Source: Octopus sinensis (lineage: Eukaryota). From it: a stretch of DNA of 64,000 nucleotides. The stretch is from assembly GCF_006345805.1 (NCBI RefSeq), contig NC_043004.1, positions 45,322,001-45,386,000 of the forward strand, given 5' to 3'. The notes beneath the pieces are model-generated. The model searched no databases. It was given only the letters and a program-made list of their open reading frames with translations, and was not told where the DNA came from. A program made the translations under genes and the position numbers. Within the stretch, counting starts at the first letter, position 1, and every line of letters starts with the position of its first letter. Below are positions 1 through 11,746 of the stretch, in pieces.

Positions 1-590
1 GCTTCCTCATTGGCTGCTATTTCTTGTGTATTGCTGAACAATGCAGGGATTCCTTCATTATCTTGATAATTGTTGTTGTTGCTGCTGCTGTTGCTGTTGG
101 TGATGATAGTGGGGGACCTTATTGATGTTGGTGTCTTGTTATTGTTCATAGCAGTGGTCACAGTGGTGATGGGTTGTATTTTATGTTGTTGTTGCTGGCG
201 GTGGTGTTCATGGTTTTAATATAATCAGTTTAATTGGTTGAGCAAAGATAAACAATGCAGCCTATCCTTTATCCTTTGCTTTTATCCTCTCACAAATGCC
301 GTGACAGGGTTGGTGGGGGTTGAGAAGTTAGTCAATGTATTGGTTAGTGGATGTTGTTGTTGTTGGTGTTGTTGACGTTATGGTAGTGGTGATAAAGATG
401 GTGGTACTGTTGCTTGTATGTTGACAATTTAATTGGTTCTGCTGTGAGAATAACAGTATGGGTGAATGATGTTGTGGTGATGCTTATAGTGATAGCAAAC
501 CATATTGTAATTGTTGTTGATGCAGTAGAAGTGGTAGTGGTGGTGGTGGTCTGGCAATAATGTTGCTGTTGTTCATGAAGGTAAAGGCAA
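1..590. repeat. Degenerate (GTT/GGT/GAT)n low-complexity tract
   Basis: Runs such as gttgttgttgctgctgctgttg and ggtagtggtggtggtggt. Similar tracts occur at about 1630-1800, 3050-3550, 17140-17760, 27300-27420, 47700-48150 and 49780-50100. Confidence 0.85.
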
Positions 591-770
591 TAGATTAAAA
601 GTCTTAAGAGATTACAACAAAATGCCTTGTGGTATTTATATCAATGTTTTCGTGAATTCATAATTCTTGGGTGGTAGATTTGATCTGTCCCTCTGATTAA
701 ACCCTTTGTTACCATATTTCTGTTGGAATACACCACCTTTAGTTCACTTTGCAACCGGTTGGTTTTGGCT

Positions 771-1358
771 TCAGTCTCACAGCTGCAACAACTGGGATAT
801 GTGTCTTCTAGTAATACCTATTTCTTTTACTACCCACATGGGACTAAACACAGAGAGGACAAACAAGGACAGACAAATGGATTAAGTTGATTACATCGAC
901 CCCAGTGCGTAACTGGTACTTATTTAATCGACCCCGAAAGGATGGAAGGCAAAGTCGACCTCGGCGGAATTTGAACTCAGAACGTAGCGGCAGACAAAAT
1001 ACCGCAAAGCATTTCGCCCGGCGTGCTAACGTTTCTGCCAGCTCACCGCCTTATACGCCTTCTAGTAATACCCTGAGCCAATCAATGCTCTGTGAATCAA
1101 TTTGGTTGATGAAAACTGTGAGGAAGCCTATTATGTGTGTGTGTATATATGTCTGTCTGTATTTGTTCTGCACCACTACTTGACAACCAGTGTTAGTTTC
1201 TTTATGCACCAGTAACTTAGCAGTTTAGCTAAAGATATCAACTGAATGAATTCCAAACTTAAAAATTTAGTACTGGTGTTAATTTTTAACTAAACCCTTC
1301 AAGATGTTGCCACAGTGTACTCTCATTCCACTGACATAAACAAGTAAGTTAGATAAAG
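771..1358 (+). mobile_element. Old, diverged family A SINE interrupted by a family B SINE
   Basis: Degenerate match to young A copies: ttcagtctcac...gtgtcttcta, then tgacaaccagtgttag, taacttagcagtt, aaacccttcaag and a taaacaagtaa tail. Confidence 0.65.
819..1058 (-). mobile_element. Young tRNA-derived SINE, family B (Meta/MESC-like core)
   Basis: Minus strand reads ggcggtgagctggcagaaacgttagc, B box gagttcaaattcc, core gtcgactttgccttccatcctttcggggtcgat. A 14-bp TSD cttctagtaatacc lies at 805-818 and 1059-1072. The Meta/MESC likeness is recalled similarity to Sauria-SINE-type cores. Confidence 0.92.
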
Positions 1359-2697
1359 GTTAAGATCATCTTGAAATTTATACCATAGAACCAGGGACAG
1401 TCTCAGGTAGGTTGCTATAAAAAAAATAGTTAGTGTAACCACCTAGTGCTTGCATTGCTTTTAGCAGAGTTTACTTTGTTGCAAGTATTTGGGCCCCATC
1501 TTCAGTTTGATGATGCTATCTTCCCTTTCTCCAACCAGTCTCAGAAACCCTGAAAAAAAGTAAAAAGTTTCATGAGCACTAACCTTTCCTCTCTAAATGA
1601 AAAGCAACTTCATTTTTTTTGAGCTGACAGCACAGATAGCAGACAGGTTTGATAGAATATGTAATGGTTGTTGTATCTTTGGTTTTACTGGTGGTGCTGC
1701 TGCTGCTGGTAGTGCTAGTGGTTTTGGTGGTGGTTTGGAGATAATAGGGTCTGGGAAGCTGGTGGCACTCTAGTTTGGGTAGGTTTGATTCTTTACTTTC
1801 AAAACAGTAGGCATTGTCAGTATAGATAGATGTGTGTTTGGGCAAAAATTAATTAGTCTTTCCTTTTTGTATATGTATTCTGCTTGTTATTTTTAGAGGA
1901 TGATGTTACTTGTCATACTGTGGTCTCATGAATAAATATTGTTGTTACTAGTTGTAGTCAGGGCCAGATTAGGCTATTAAACAAAGTAATCACATGCTTA
2001 AGACAAGAAGGCAAAGTGGGTGGCGGGGGGGGGGCTACCAAATAGATTTTTCCAGTGCTAGATACCACTGTGAAAATGGTGAATTATAAACTTGCTGGGT
2101 TTCTTTTTTTATTGGATAAAAAAGTTTAACATTTCATTTTCTTTTTACCCCTTGTTGTCCTAGTTATAAGTAATTTGCTGATATTGCCTGTGGCTATTTA
2201 CTTTTAAAGAAATATAATTTAAAGAAGGACATATTTGGTATAGTTGTGGGAAAGTCTAGCCTGGAGGTCTGGGACAAAAATTGCATTGTAAGTTATTATT
2301 TTGTGTTCAATTCTTATTACATTTTAATGCCTTGTCAGTTAGACAGTGAGAAGGTTGAAGGGTCACTATTGTTGGTGTTAAGCTTAAAGCATCAGTTGAA
2401 CCTGTTTGTAGCATTGCCATTCTGCTGTGTATGTGGACTAAAAGTATGTTATGAAGAAACCATGCTGGTGATATAGTTCCAATCCCTGATTGAGTCACAT
2501 TATTTAAACTTGTTTCTCATACTTTTCTATCTCGCACTCGTAGCTATCATGCAACATTTATTCATTTATTTTGGCAGAGGAGTGACCATGCCTTTGCATG
2601 TCCTCCCTAGCAGTTGAGCTTCGATGTGCCTGATGATTTGATCTGAGCAAGTACAGATTAGCATTGTCTGTAGGGAAGTGAAAGAATTCAAGTGAGA

Positions 2698-2872
2698 TTA
2701 GTTAGTTAGGTAGTTAATTTTTTGGCTCAAAAAGCAAAAAAGCAAGGCCATATAGGGGGACATGGAGTTATGTACAGGGTGGTGTTCATGTAAAGAGTTC
2801 AGGCCACTTGTGGTCAAGGGAGACTTTGAACCGAGTGGTTGTCGGCATCTTCACCATCTCGTCCGGCAGCTT
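2698..2872 (-). mobile_element. CR1-type LINE 3' end (ORF2 C-terminus plus tail)
   Basis: Minus translation KLPDEMVKMPTTTRFKVSLDHKWPELFT* (stop 2786-2788) matches the CR1 (WN)xLPxxVVxxxxxxxFKxxLD motif. A short 3'UTR ends in a (TAAC)n tail. Confidence 0.75.
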
Positions 2873-4060
2873 AAGATGCAGAGGTAGACAGTGAAATCGA
2901 AAACACATGTTTCTAACCCAGTTGGTAGACAGCAGTGTTAGAACTGGGTAACATGATAGAAGTGATAACCAAAGACCTAGTCTTCAACAATATAACAGTG
3001 CATCAGTATTTTTGCAGGAGAAAAGTTGTTGATGAGGAAAAAGCTATTTGCTATTAAAACTACTACTACTACTACAACTACCATTGCTGCTGTTGGTGCT
3101 GTCTGTAATACGCTTTCAAGGAAGTCATCTTAATATGATGGTGGTGGTGGTGGTGATGGTGGTGGTGGAGCTATATGGAAAAAGAAAACAAGATTAACAT
3201 GGACATTTGGGCCTGTTAAAATAACACTAGATTATTTAGCCTAGTGTTGACTAATAAATAATTGATTTGGCTGTCATTATCACTGTTGTTGTTGGTGTTG
3301 TAAATGGTTACTGTCTTTTTTCCTTTTGGTTTATTCATTTTTTCTATTTATTTTTTTATTTATTTATTTATTCTTTTTGGTGTTGCATCTTGTTACAGAA
3401 ACTGATTATACTGTTACCACTTCCATCACAACCACCACTATCGCAACTACTACTATTTCTATTACCACGACTACTACTTATACTATTACCATTGCCATCG
3501 CCACCACCACTACTGCTGCTATTGTTGGTGTTTTTTTAACAGACTTCTTCTAAAAGACTTTCCAAGTATCTAGAGCTGCGTTACTCAGAGTGTCTGATTT
3601 CCTTATTTGAAAAGTAGTAGGTTGCAATATCAGCGGCATCTGGCTGCTATTTCTTGCAGGCAAAGAGCAATCATGTAAAAGGCTTGTCTCTGCTATTGTT
3701 GATGTTAAGAGGTCAATTGGGTCGTTGTTATTGTGATGGGTTGGTTGTGAGCCCCTCCTACAAATTTCAGTGGAAAATGTCATCCACCATGGTTAGTGGG
3801 TGGATGGGTGGTGGACCACTGACCAGCAGATATCCATTGTAGCTGCTGGTAAATAGTCTAGGAGGGTGATGGAGCATCCAGGGAGGATGGTGGTGTTTAT
3901 GGCAGTCATGTTAGATTATTCAAATTGGTTTCCCATCTCTCTCTCTCTCTCTTTCTCTCTCTCTTCCTGCCAGCCTGCAGTCACACACACACACGTATGC
4001 ATGCACATCTTTTAGTCTTTCATTTGTTTCAGTTCAAGAAATGCAGCTATGCTAAGATAT

Positions 4061-4293
4061 TTACTTTACTCTTTTACTCTTTTACTTGTTTCAGTCATTT
4101 GACTGTGGCCATGCTGGAGCACCGCCTTTAGTCGAGCAAATCGACCCCGGGACTTATTCTTTGTAAGCCCAGTACTTATTCTATCGGTCTCTTTTTGCTG
4201 CCGAACCGCTAAGTGACGGAGACGTAAACACACCAGCATCGGTTGTCAAGCGATGTTGGGGGGACAAGTACACACACACACACACACAAACAT

Positions 4294-4359
<66 letters not shown>

Positions 4360-4446
4360 TACGACGGGCTTCTTTCAGTTTCCGTCTACCAAATCCACTC
4401 TCAAGGCTTTGGTTGGCCCGAGGCTATAGTAGAAGCCACTTGCCCA
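4061..4446 (-). mobile_element. Family A SINE, 5'-truncated
   Basis: Near-identical to the copies at 8019-8432 and 45923-46325. It has an internal (TA/CA)n tract and a (GAGTAAAA)n tail, and lacks the tRNA head. Confidence 0.92.
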
Positions 4447-4956
4447 TTTTTTTTTTTTTGCCAAACCTCTAAGTTGTAGGGATGTAAGCAAACAAAAACT
4501 GGCAGTCAAGTGTTGGGAAGGCAGACAAACACAAAGACACACACACGCACATATGTATGCATATACACGCACACTAGAGGACATGGAGAAACCAACATCA
4601 ATGGGGTCAAGAACAAACACAGACACGCACATGGGGATGTAAATAAACCAACACTGGGTGTCAAGCCATGGAGAGGAGGAAGCCAAACACAAAGACACGC
4701 ACATATACACACGTACACCTAAATTGTTTTAGTGTTTGTTCAGCCCTAGGTCAGCCCTTATGCAAACCTGTGATCAAACAGCTCTAACAATGACAATTCT
4801 GTGTTTTTGAATGTCAAGAATTACATGACCAAGCAATCATCATCATTATATTTCGACGAGGTCAACTTTACTTTTCATCCCTTTTGGCATTGATAAAATA
4901 CTAATTGAACACTAGGGTCAATGTAAAATTGTTGCCCTTGTGGCAAAATTTGAAAC

Positions 4957-4993
<37 letters not shown>

Positions 4994-5906
4994 GTTGTTT
5001 ATTTATTTGTTTCTTTATTTAAGGTTGTAACTTGCAGTTAGAGGGAAATTTTACTGTTTTTCTTTGTTGTAGGTCGAGTCACTGTATAGAAGCCCCCCCT
5101 CTTAATTCTAGTGAAGTGATACATTCATTCACACCCATGAACCTGTTTTCATTTACCTGCATTTCTATACACACCAGCACTCAGTGGTTTATATTATGTT
5201 GAACTATGAGTAAAGATGAATTCTAATATTTCAACAAGGTACCCCACCACACACATACACACTCACACACACACTCACACTACCTTGGGAAGAGAAGGTA
5301 CAAAGAAATATTATGTTGCAAATAAGACAACAAGTCAATGTAATTCTGTATTTCTACTAATAACATATGTTAGAATGAACCTTCTCTCTTGGCACACAAA
5401 CTTGTTTTACAAATGTTGCAGCTACCTACTCTAACCCTATAAACCCAATCAATAAAGTCTAACAGTGACTTTATTTACTTATTTATTTAGCTATCGCATT
5501 TAGTTGATAATTGGATTTAATTCAGCTTGAATTCTTCTATTTCTTTTTAGAATAGACACATGCTCTAACATGTAGTACCATTATAAAGTCCTTAAGCAAA
5601 TTTAATTTATACAAATTTAAAGTTGCACTTAGACTTTATATTAACTCTGTGTACGTCATCATCATCATCATCATATTCTTCATTATCATCATCATCATCA
5701 TATTCTTCATTATCATCATCATCATCATCATCATATTCTTCATTATCATCATCATCATCATCATCAGTTCAATGTGTGTATTCCATGCTGGTGTTCTTTG
5801 GATGGTTTTCCAGCATATATCCAGTCTAAGAGTTATATTAGTTTCCAGTGTCTGCTTGCTAGGTTTCTATGGTTAGATGCCTTTCCTAAAGCCAATATGC
5901 CCTTAA

Positions 5907-6126
5907 CCCTTTTGTTACCAACCCGGCTGAAACCGGCTCTGGCTTTGAGTACAAATTTCTTGTTTTCATAAGTTTTGAATTAAAATCTTCCACCAAACCT
6001 TAGTCACAATTTATGTCCCTAACACTAGCTGAATGATAACGAAGTTATTTTACTAAATTCTTTGTTATATTTAATGTAATTGAAAGAAATACAGAGATTC
6101 TCAAACTAAACACAGTAACAAAAGGG
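5907..6126. mobile_element. piggyBac-type MITE (P1), intact
   Basis: Perfect 12-bp TIR cccttttgttac (5907-5918) / gtaacaaaaggg (6115-6126), with TTAA on both sides (5903-5906, 6127-6130). CCC termini plus a TTAA TSD are piggyBac hallmarks. Confidence 0.88.
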
Positions 6127-7309
6127 TTAATAACACCAGCTACTCTTCCTAACATCAAAATGTATATGTGTATATACATGTGTGTGTGTATATAAGTATA
6201 TATACATACATTTCACTTCCTATTTAAATGTTGTTTTTGTTTATGCATACATTGTATGATCTACACACCAGAAGAAGAAATTAAATGGTATGGTGTTCAT
6301 GGTGGAATATCTCTGATGGTTTTTTGGTATACAGTTATGAAGACAGAATGACATTTATACTTGGAATAAAAGAAAAAAGAGAGACACTTTGAAAGGGGTC
6401 GTCTACATATGGATGTTCTGAAGTAAAGTATTTGAGTAGATTGAATTGTGTAATCTAAGACATATAAATATAAGTATTCCTTTGTTTATTGGTGCTTTTT
6501 AGTATAAGGAATATAGATGTGGTTATGTATGTATGAAAATATGTGTATGTTTGTGTATGTACATATTTCTATGTACATACCTATTTACATGTGTGTGTGT
6601 GTATACATACACACACACACAATCACTTATAAGCTCTTTCTCTCTTATATAACTGTTATGTATATGTGTGTACATAATTACTTATTAGTTCACTCTCTGT
6701 CTCTCTCTTCCTCATATATATATCAAATGTATAAAGTGAATGACTTGAATAGTTGACCTCAGTCAGTCTAGTTAGACAAAAGACTGCACTTGCACACCTG
6801 CAGCAAATCACTTTCTTCCATTCCGTTTGTGTTGCCCTCAAACTAGTACTGACAATAATAGTCATCACTGAACAGAAATTCAAACAATTACTGGAAGGAA
6901 TTATCAATTTTGGCCATCTCTTTCTAGATCTGAAGATGATAAGAACTATTTTTATCAAGAGATCATATCACTATTAATAATTTCCTTTTCACTTGGCACA
7001 CAGCCAGATAATTTTGTTAGCATTAAAAAAACAAAAAAAAAATTAATAATCTGAAAAAAATTATCAATTGAAATGACAAAAGTATATTCATATTGCCACC
7101 AATGGATAAGACAATACACCAGGTAGGATTTGAACACTGATCAGTTGTCATTCTTGTCTATTTCATTTTCATTGAAAACTGTCGCATAGCTGTGTAGTGC
7201 ATAAGTTCTGCGTATTTAAATATGTAGTGTATATGTGTGTATATATGTCTGTGTACATTATATGTGAATATCTCTGATATATATTTATGTCATTTGTGAG
7301 TATGTGTGT

Positions 7310-7315
<6 letters not shown>

Positions 7316-7370
<55 letters not shown>

Positions 7371-7410
7371 TATATATATATATATGTGTATGTATATATA
7401 TATATGTATG
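7316..7410. repeat. (TA)n microsatellite
   Basis: Directly visible. It generates the IY-rich ORFs 7169-7573 and 7285-7473. Confidence 0.95.
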
Positions 7411-8018
7411 TATTATATACATCTTGGGAGATTGAGGGATTAAATGCAACGTAATACAGAATATATAAAACATGTGTTATATAGCTAATTCTACAACTAT
7501 TTGTTTGAAAACATTTGTTTTGAAGAAGGCAATAGTGTGAAAACATTTGAATGTTGCGATATAAGAAATACATAGTATATATATGTTATTCTTAAGCTCC
7601 AGTGTATATATGTGCGTGTGTGTATACACACACACATTCACACACACACACAAATATGAAACAGAACAACATAGACAAATACAGATATATCAAATACCAT
7701 GCTACAAAAATTCTTAGTTTATTAAAATTATTTTCACCTGTAGTGAATGTGTCACAACTCTTGAATGGCAGTAGAGACCAGCTCCATATGAGAAGAGGAG
7801 ATAACCTTCAGAATAAAGTTTCCAAATGTGACATACCTTTAAGAAAAAGGACAAGTTTATGAATCTGGAGATCAGAGGACAGTCACAGACACATGTTATG
7901 TATTTCTGTCATATATATTTGAGACAGAATTCCTGCTTAAGTTTATTTCACATAAGTCTGGAATCGTGGTTATTGTCAGATTTGTTCACTTTCCTTGTTC
8001 TTTTGAAATTTTTAGGCC

Positions 8019-8432
8019 TTTTTCTTTTTCTTTTTTTCTTTTACTTGTTTCAGTCATTTGACTGCGGCCATGCTGGAGCACCGCCTTTAGTCGAGCAAAT
8101 CGACCCCAGGACTTATTCTTTGTAAGCCCAGTACTTATTCTATCGGTCTCTTTTTGCCGAACTGCTAAGTGACGGGGACGTAAACACATCAGCATCGGTT
8201 GTCAAGCAATGCTAGGGCGACAAACACAGACACACAAACACACACACACATACATATATATATATACACAACAGGCTTCTTTCAGTTTCCGTCTACCAAA
8301 TCCACTCACAAGGCATTGGTCCGCCCGAGGCTATAGCAGAAGACACTTGCCCAAGATGCCACACAGTGGGACTGAACCCGCAACCGTGTGGTTGGTTAGC
8401 AAGCTACTTACCACACAGCCACTCCTGCGCCT
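8019..8432 (-). mobile_element. Full-length young family A SINE (tRNA head, CORE-like block)
   Basis: Minus strand reads aggcgcaggagtggctgtgtggtaag (A box) ... gggttcagtccc (B box) ... cttgggcaagtgtcttc (CORE-like) ... microsatellite ... ctgaaacaagtaaaag tail. Confidence 0.93.
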
Positions 8433-8558
8433 ATAGTATTATTAGTATTATTTGTTTTTAGTATTATTTGTTTTTTCTTTAACCATAATAATCTTAGCTG
8501 ATAGAAGTTTTTCATACTACTGCATTCTTTATGTGTGGCTCTGCCCTTAATATTTATA

Positions 8559-8950
8559 CACAGGTGTGGCTGTGTGGTAAGAAGTTAGTTCCCAACTGCA
8601 TGACTCTGAGTTCACTTCCTCAGCATGGCACCTCAAGCAGGTTTTTTCTACAAAAGCTCAGGTTAACCAATACCTTGTGAGTTGATTTGATACACAGAAA
8701 CTGAAACACGTCCATTATCCATATCTATATATCTGTGTGTGTTGCCTCCAGCACTGCTTAACAACCAGTTTTAGTTTTTGTTTACTTTCACATAACCTAA
8801 CAGTTTGGTTATAGGATACTGACAAAATAAGGGCCAGGCTTATTAAAAAAATTAGCACTGAAGTCAATTTGTTTGAATAAAACCCTTCAAGGTGCTGTCC
8901 CAGCATATCCACAGTCAAATGACCCGAAGCAGGTAAAGGTATAAAAGATA
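8559..8950 (+). mobile_element. Old family A SINE
   Basis: caggtgtggctgtgtggtaag head through cagcatatccacagtcaaatgac...gtaaaggtataaaagata tail, heavily diverged. Confidence 0.75.
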
Positions 8951-9719
8951 CTGGGCGAGAAGAAACAAACACTAATTAGACAGAATGAATGTGACAGAGA
9001 GGAAGAGAGAGAGAGAGTCGGGGGGGGGGTAACTTAGAGAGACTAGGGAAAGAGAGAGAGACCCAGTAAACAGTAAGTTCTTTCTCTGATCTCCACCTCT
9101 ATCTCCAGTATATAGCATTTGCAAAGAACCACTGCCCCACCCACCCCCCACCCCACCCGTTCAAATGTGAATCTTTTATTTATTTATATTTTCTTTTGTT
9201 TGGTGTGTTTGGAAATGATTTCCCACACTCCCATTCAGAACTAATGTGATCACTTTACACATCATCTTTCTCTTCGTCTGCTTCTATTATCCTCTGTTTC
9301 CTCAAATGTCTGTTATCCCTTCATTGTTTACTTTTTGGCTGGTGGTGGTGGTTATGTCAGTGTGTTATACCATTTCAAACAGACTAACAGACAGACTACG
9401 ACCACGCCCACACTGCACTCCCCACTTTCACTTTGCAGTTTCCTGCTTATTATATTCTGTTATTATTTCCTGGTTATTTCTTTACTGTTGTTATTTGTTT
9501 TTACCCTTTTGTTTGATAAAGATTCCTCCACCCCACCCCACCCCACCCTCACTTTGTTATATTTTACCCTTTTTTCTGCCTCCTATGTTTTGGCTCCTTG
9601 TTGTGACCAATAAAAGAAATCATCATTGTTTTTATATTATTGTTATTAGGACAGTGAGCTGTCAGAATCAATGGAGCATCATAAAAATTTTGTTGGTGAT
9701 ATTTGTTCTGTTCCAACTC

Positions 9720-9968
9720 TTTACATTCTGAGTTCAAATCCTGCTGAGGTCAGGTTTGCCATTCATCCCTTTGGAGGAAGCAGTGTGAGGGATGACTGAA
9801 TCATTAGCATATCAGAAAAAATATCAGTGACACTCTTTTTTTTTATTCTTTTACATTCTGAGTTCAAATCTCATTGAGGTAGACTTTGCTTTCTATCCTT
9901 ATGTGATTTATGCAATTAACTTAACTCCTTCCCTCAAAATTGCTGGCCTTGTGTTTAAATTGGAAAGA

Positions 9969-10004
<36 letters not shown>

Positions 10005-10700
10005 GAAGATGGCATGCTAGCAGAATCATTAGCTTGTGAGACAAAATGCATTTCATCCATCTTCACATTCTGGGTTCAAATCCATTTCTTTACTACCCAC
10101 AAGGGGCTAAACACAGAGGGGACAAACAAGCACTGACAAATGGATTAAGTCGATTATATCGACCCCAGTGCGTTACTGGTACTTATTTAATCGACCCCGA
10201 AAGGATGAAGGGCAAAGTCGACCTCGGCGGAATTTGAACTCAGAACGTAACGGCAGACGAAATACGGCTAAGCATTTTGCCCGACGTGCTAACGTTTCTG
10301 CCAGCTCGCCGCCTTTTCTGGGTTCAAATCGTGCCGAGGTCGACTTTGCTTTTCATCCTTTTATAGTTGTTAAAATAAGCATTGGTTGAGCGTCGGTGTT
10401 GATGTAGTTGGTTTACCCCCACCCGCCGAATTGCTGGGCCTTCTGCTAATATTTGAAATCATCATCATTATTATTATTATTTAAGGTGATGTGCTGACTA
10501 AAAAATTAGCATGCCAAAGAAAATGTTTGGTGGCATTTCATTCATCTTTACATTCTAAGTTCAAATTCCACTGTGGTGGGCTTCGCTTTCCATCTTTCAC
10601 GATCACTAAAACAAGTACCAGTTCAGTATTGGGGTCAATGTAATCAACTTCTCCCTCTCCTCAAAAACTGCTGGCTCTGTGTCAAAATTTGAAGCCATTG
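9720..10700 (+). mobile_element. Cluster of older family B SINEs with (ATT)n tails
   Basis: Repeated ttacattctgagttcaaat...tttgc(c/t)tttcatcc cores near 9722, 9851, 10064/10316 and 10548, ending in aaattgctggcc...aaatt(g/t)gaa(att)n. Further old copies lie near 4860, 14940, 17990, 18500, 23050, 27770-28110, 29815-30170, 30690, 32070-32395, 32960-33630, 48710, 51850, 55460, 58510-58960 and 62200. Confidence 0.8.
10083..10315 (-). mobile_element. Young family B SINE inserted into an older family B copy
   Basis: 15-bp TSD ttctgggttcaaatc at 10068-10082 and 10316-10330. The duplicated site is the B-box region of the host copy. Confidence 0.92.
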
Positions 10701-11746
10701 CTATTATCATCATCATTGCTGTTATTATTGTTATTATTATTATTATTATTATTAGTAGTAGTAGGAGGAGGAGGAGGAGGAGGAAATTTTATTAATTCCT
10801 TTGATCCTTGAATTAATTGTTTTCTTCCTTATACCATATTGGACAGAGGCAGCATGGGGAAAGGGAATTACCCTTTGTTTATTGTCCTATTAATGGTTAT
10901 TTCTCTTTTTGAAGGTCCCAGAAGGTTGGGTTTGTCTTTTATCGTCAGAATCATTATCATTAGCATTATTTCTGTTCTCTGAAATTTTGTATTTATTTTG
11001 GAATTGGAAATGTTGGACAGGGAAGAGGTTGATTGATGTAAAGCATTACCCACATCCTATTGTCTCCTTGTGGATCAAGAGTGAAGTAATTCATGTTTGC
11101 TGTTGTTCATCCCTAGTTTGGCCAACTGCAGTTGAGCAGATGATATATTGAAAGACATTTGAGCCCTGACTGTCCTATCTTTTACTATTTTGCCTGGAAC
11201 ACAGGACTACATTATCTAATGAGTCTCTTTTTAAGATGCTAAAGATATGATTTGAGAGAGATTCGGCTGTATTTCTTGCAGTTTGAGGGACCATACAGAG
11301 GCAACATGTTCTCTCATAATGCTTTTGGTGTAAGATGAATGGTAGTAAAGAAGAAGTCCTCAGAGCTGTCAGTTGCAGAAGGGAGGTTATTGTAATAAGG
11401 GCCCAAAATGATTTATGAGAGATTCACCCTTGTAAGGTTTAATTTTGGGCCAAGACCAATGGTAGCATGTATGAAATCATTTTAGGAATCAAGGGTAGTA
11501 CCATCTTGTGGTATGTGGTCATCCAAATTTAAGGATATCTTTCTTTTTATTTGTTTTTACCATAAGCCGCAACTTGTTGAGGAGGAAATGGGCAATTGAT
11601 TAAATCAACCTCAGGGGTTGACTGATACTATTTTACCAGCCATAAGAGGATGTCAAATAAATTCAAACCTCAACCAGTATGTAGGCAACTGTAGTTAAAT
11701 CCATGCTTGACCTTGGGTCATCTGGAGTCATCTCCCCTGGTCACAT

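Larger units (their letters stand above)
697..1433. mobile_element. piggyBac-type MITE (family P1), split by SINE insertions
   Basis: Left end ttaa-a-ccctttgttaccatatttctgttg (697-725). Right remnant ccatagaaccagggacagtctcaggtaggttgctataaaa...agttag (1383-1433) matches the right end of the 39963-40166 copy. Confidence 0.6.

Noticed and set aside
887-1183. Recurring peptides such as WYLFNRPRKDGRQSRPRRNLNSE (also 10168-10389, 48339-48545) and SFSFRLPNPLTR...TTQPL (8209-8436, 37379-37603, 45004-45351)
   Set aside because: They are antisense readings of family B and A SINEs. The recurrence reflects repeat copies, not a gene family.
1550-1623. Extra minus-strand exon upstream of 1475-1549
   Set aside because: It would require a 34-nt intron, which is too short to be credible.
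5157-5203. 47-nt minus-strand segment with good splice sites
   Set aside because: It has stops in all three frames, so it could only be UTR or non-coding, and there is no other support.
9135-9160. G-quadruplex-capable C-runs (also 9529-9550, 35245-35260)
   Set aside because: They are simple homopolymer or low-complexity runs, one of them inside a LINE, with no evidence of function.
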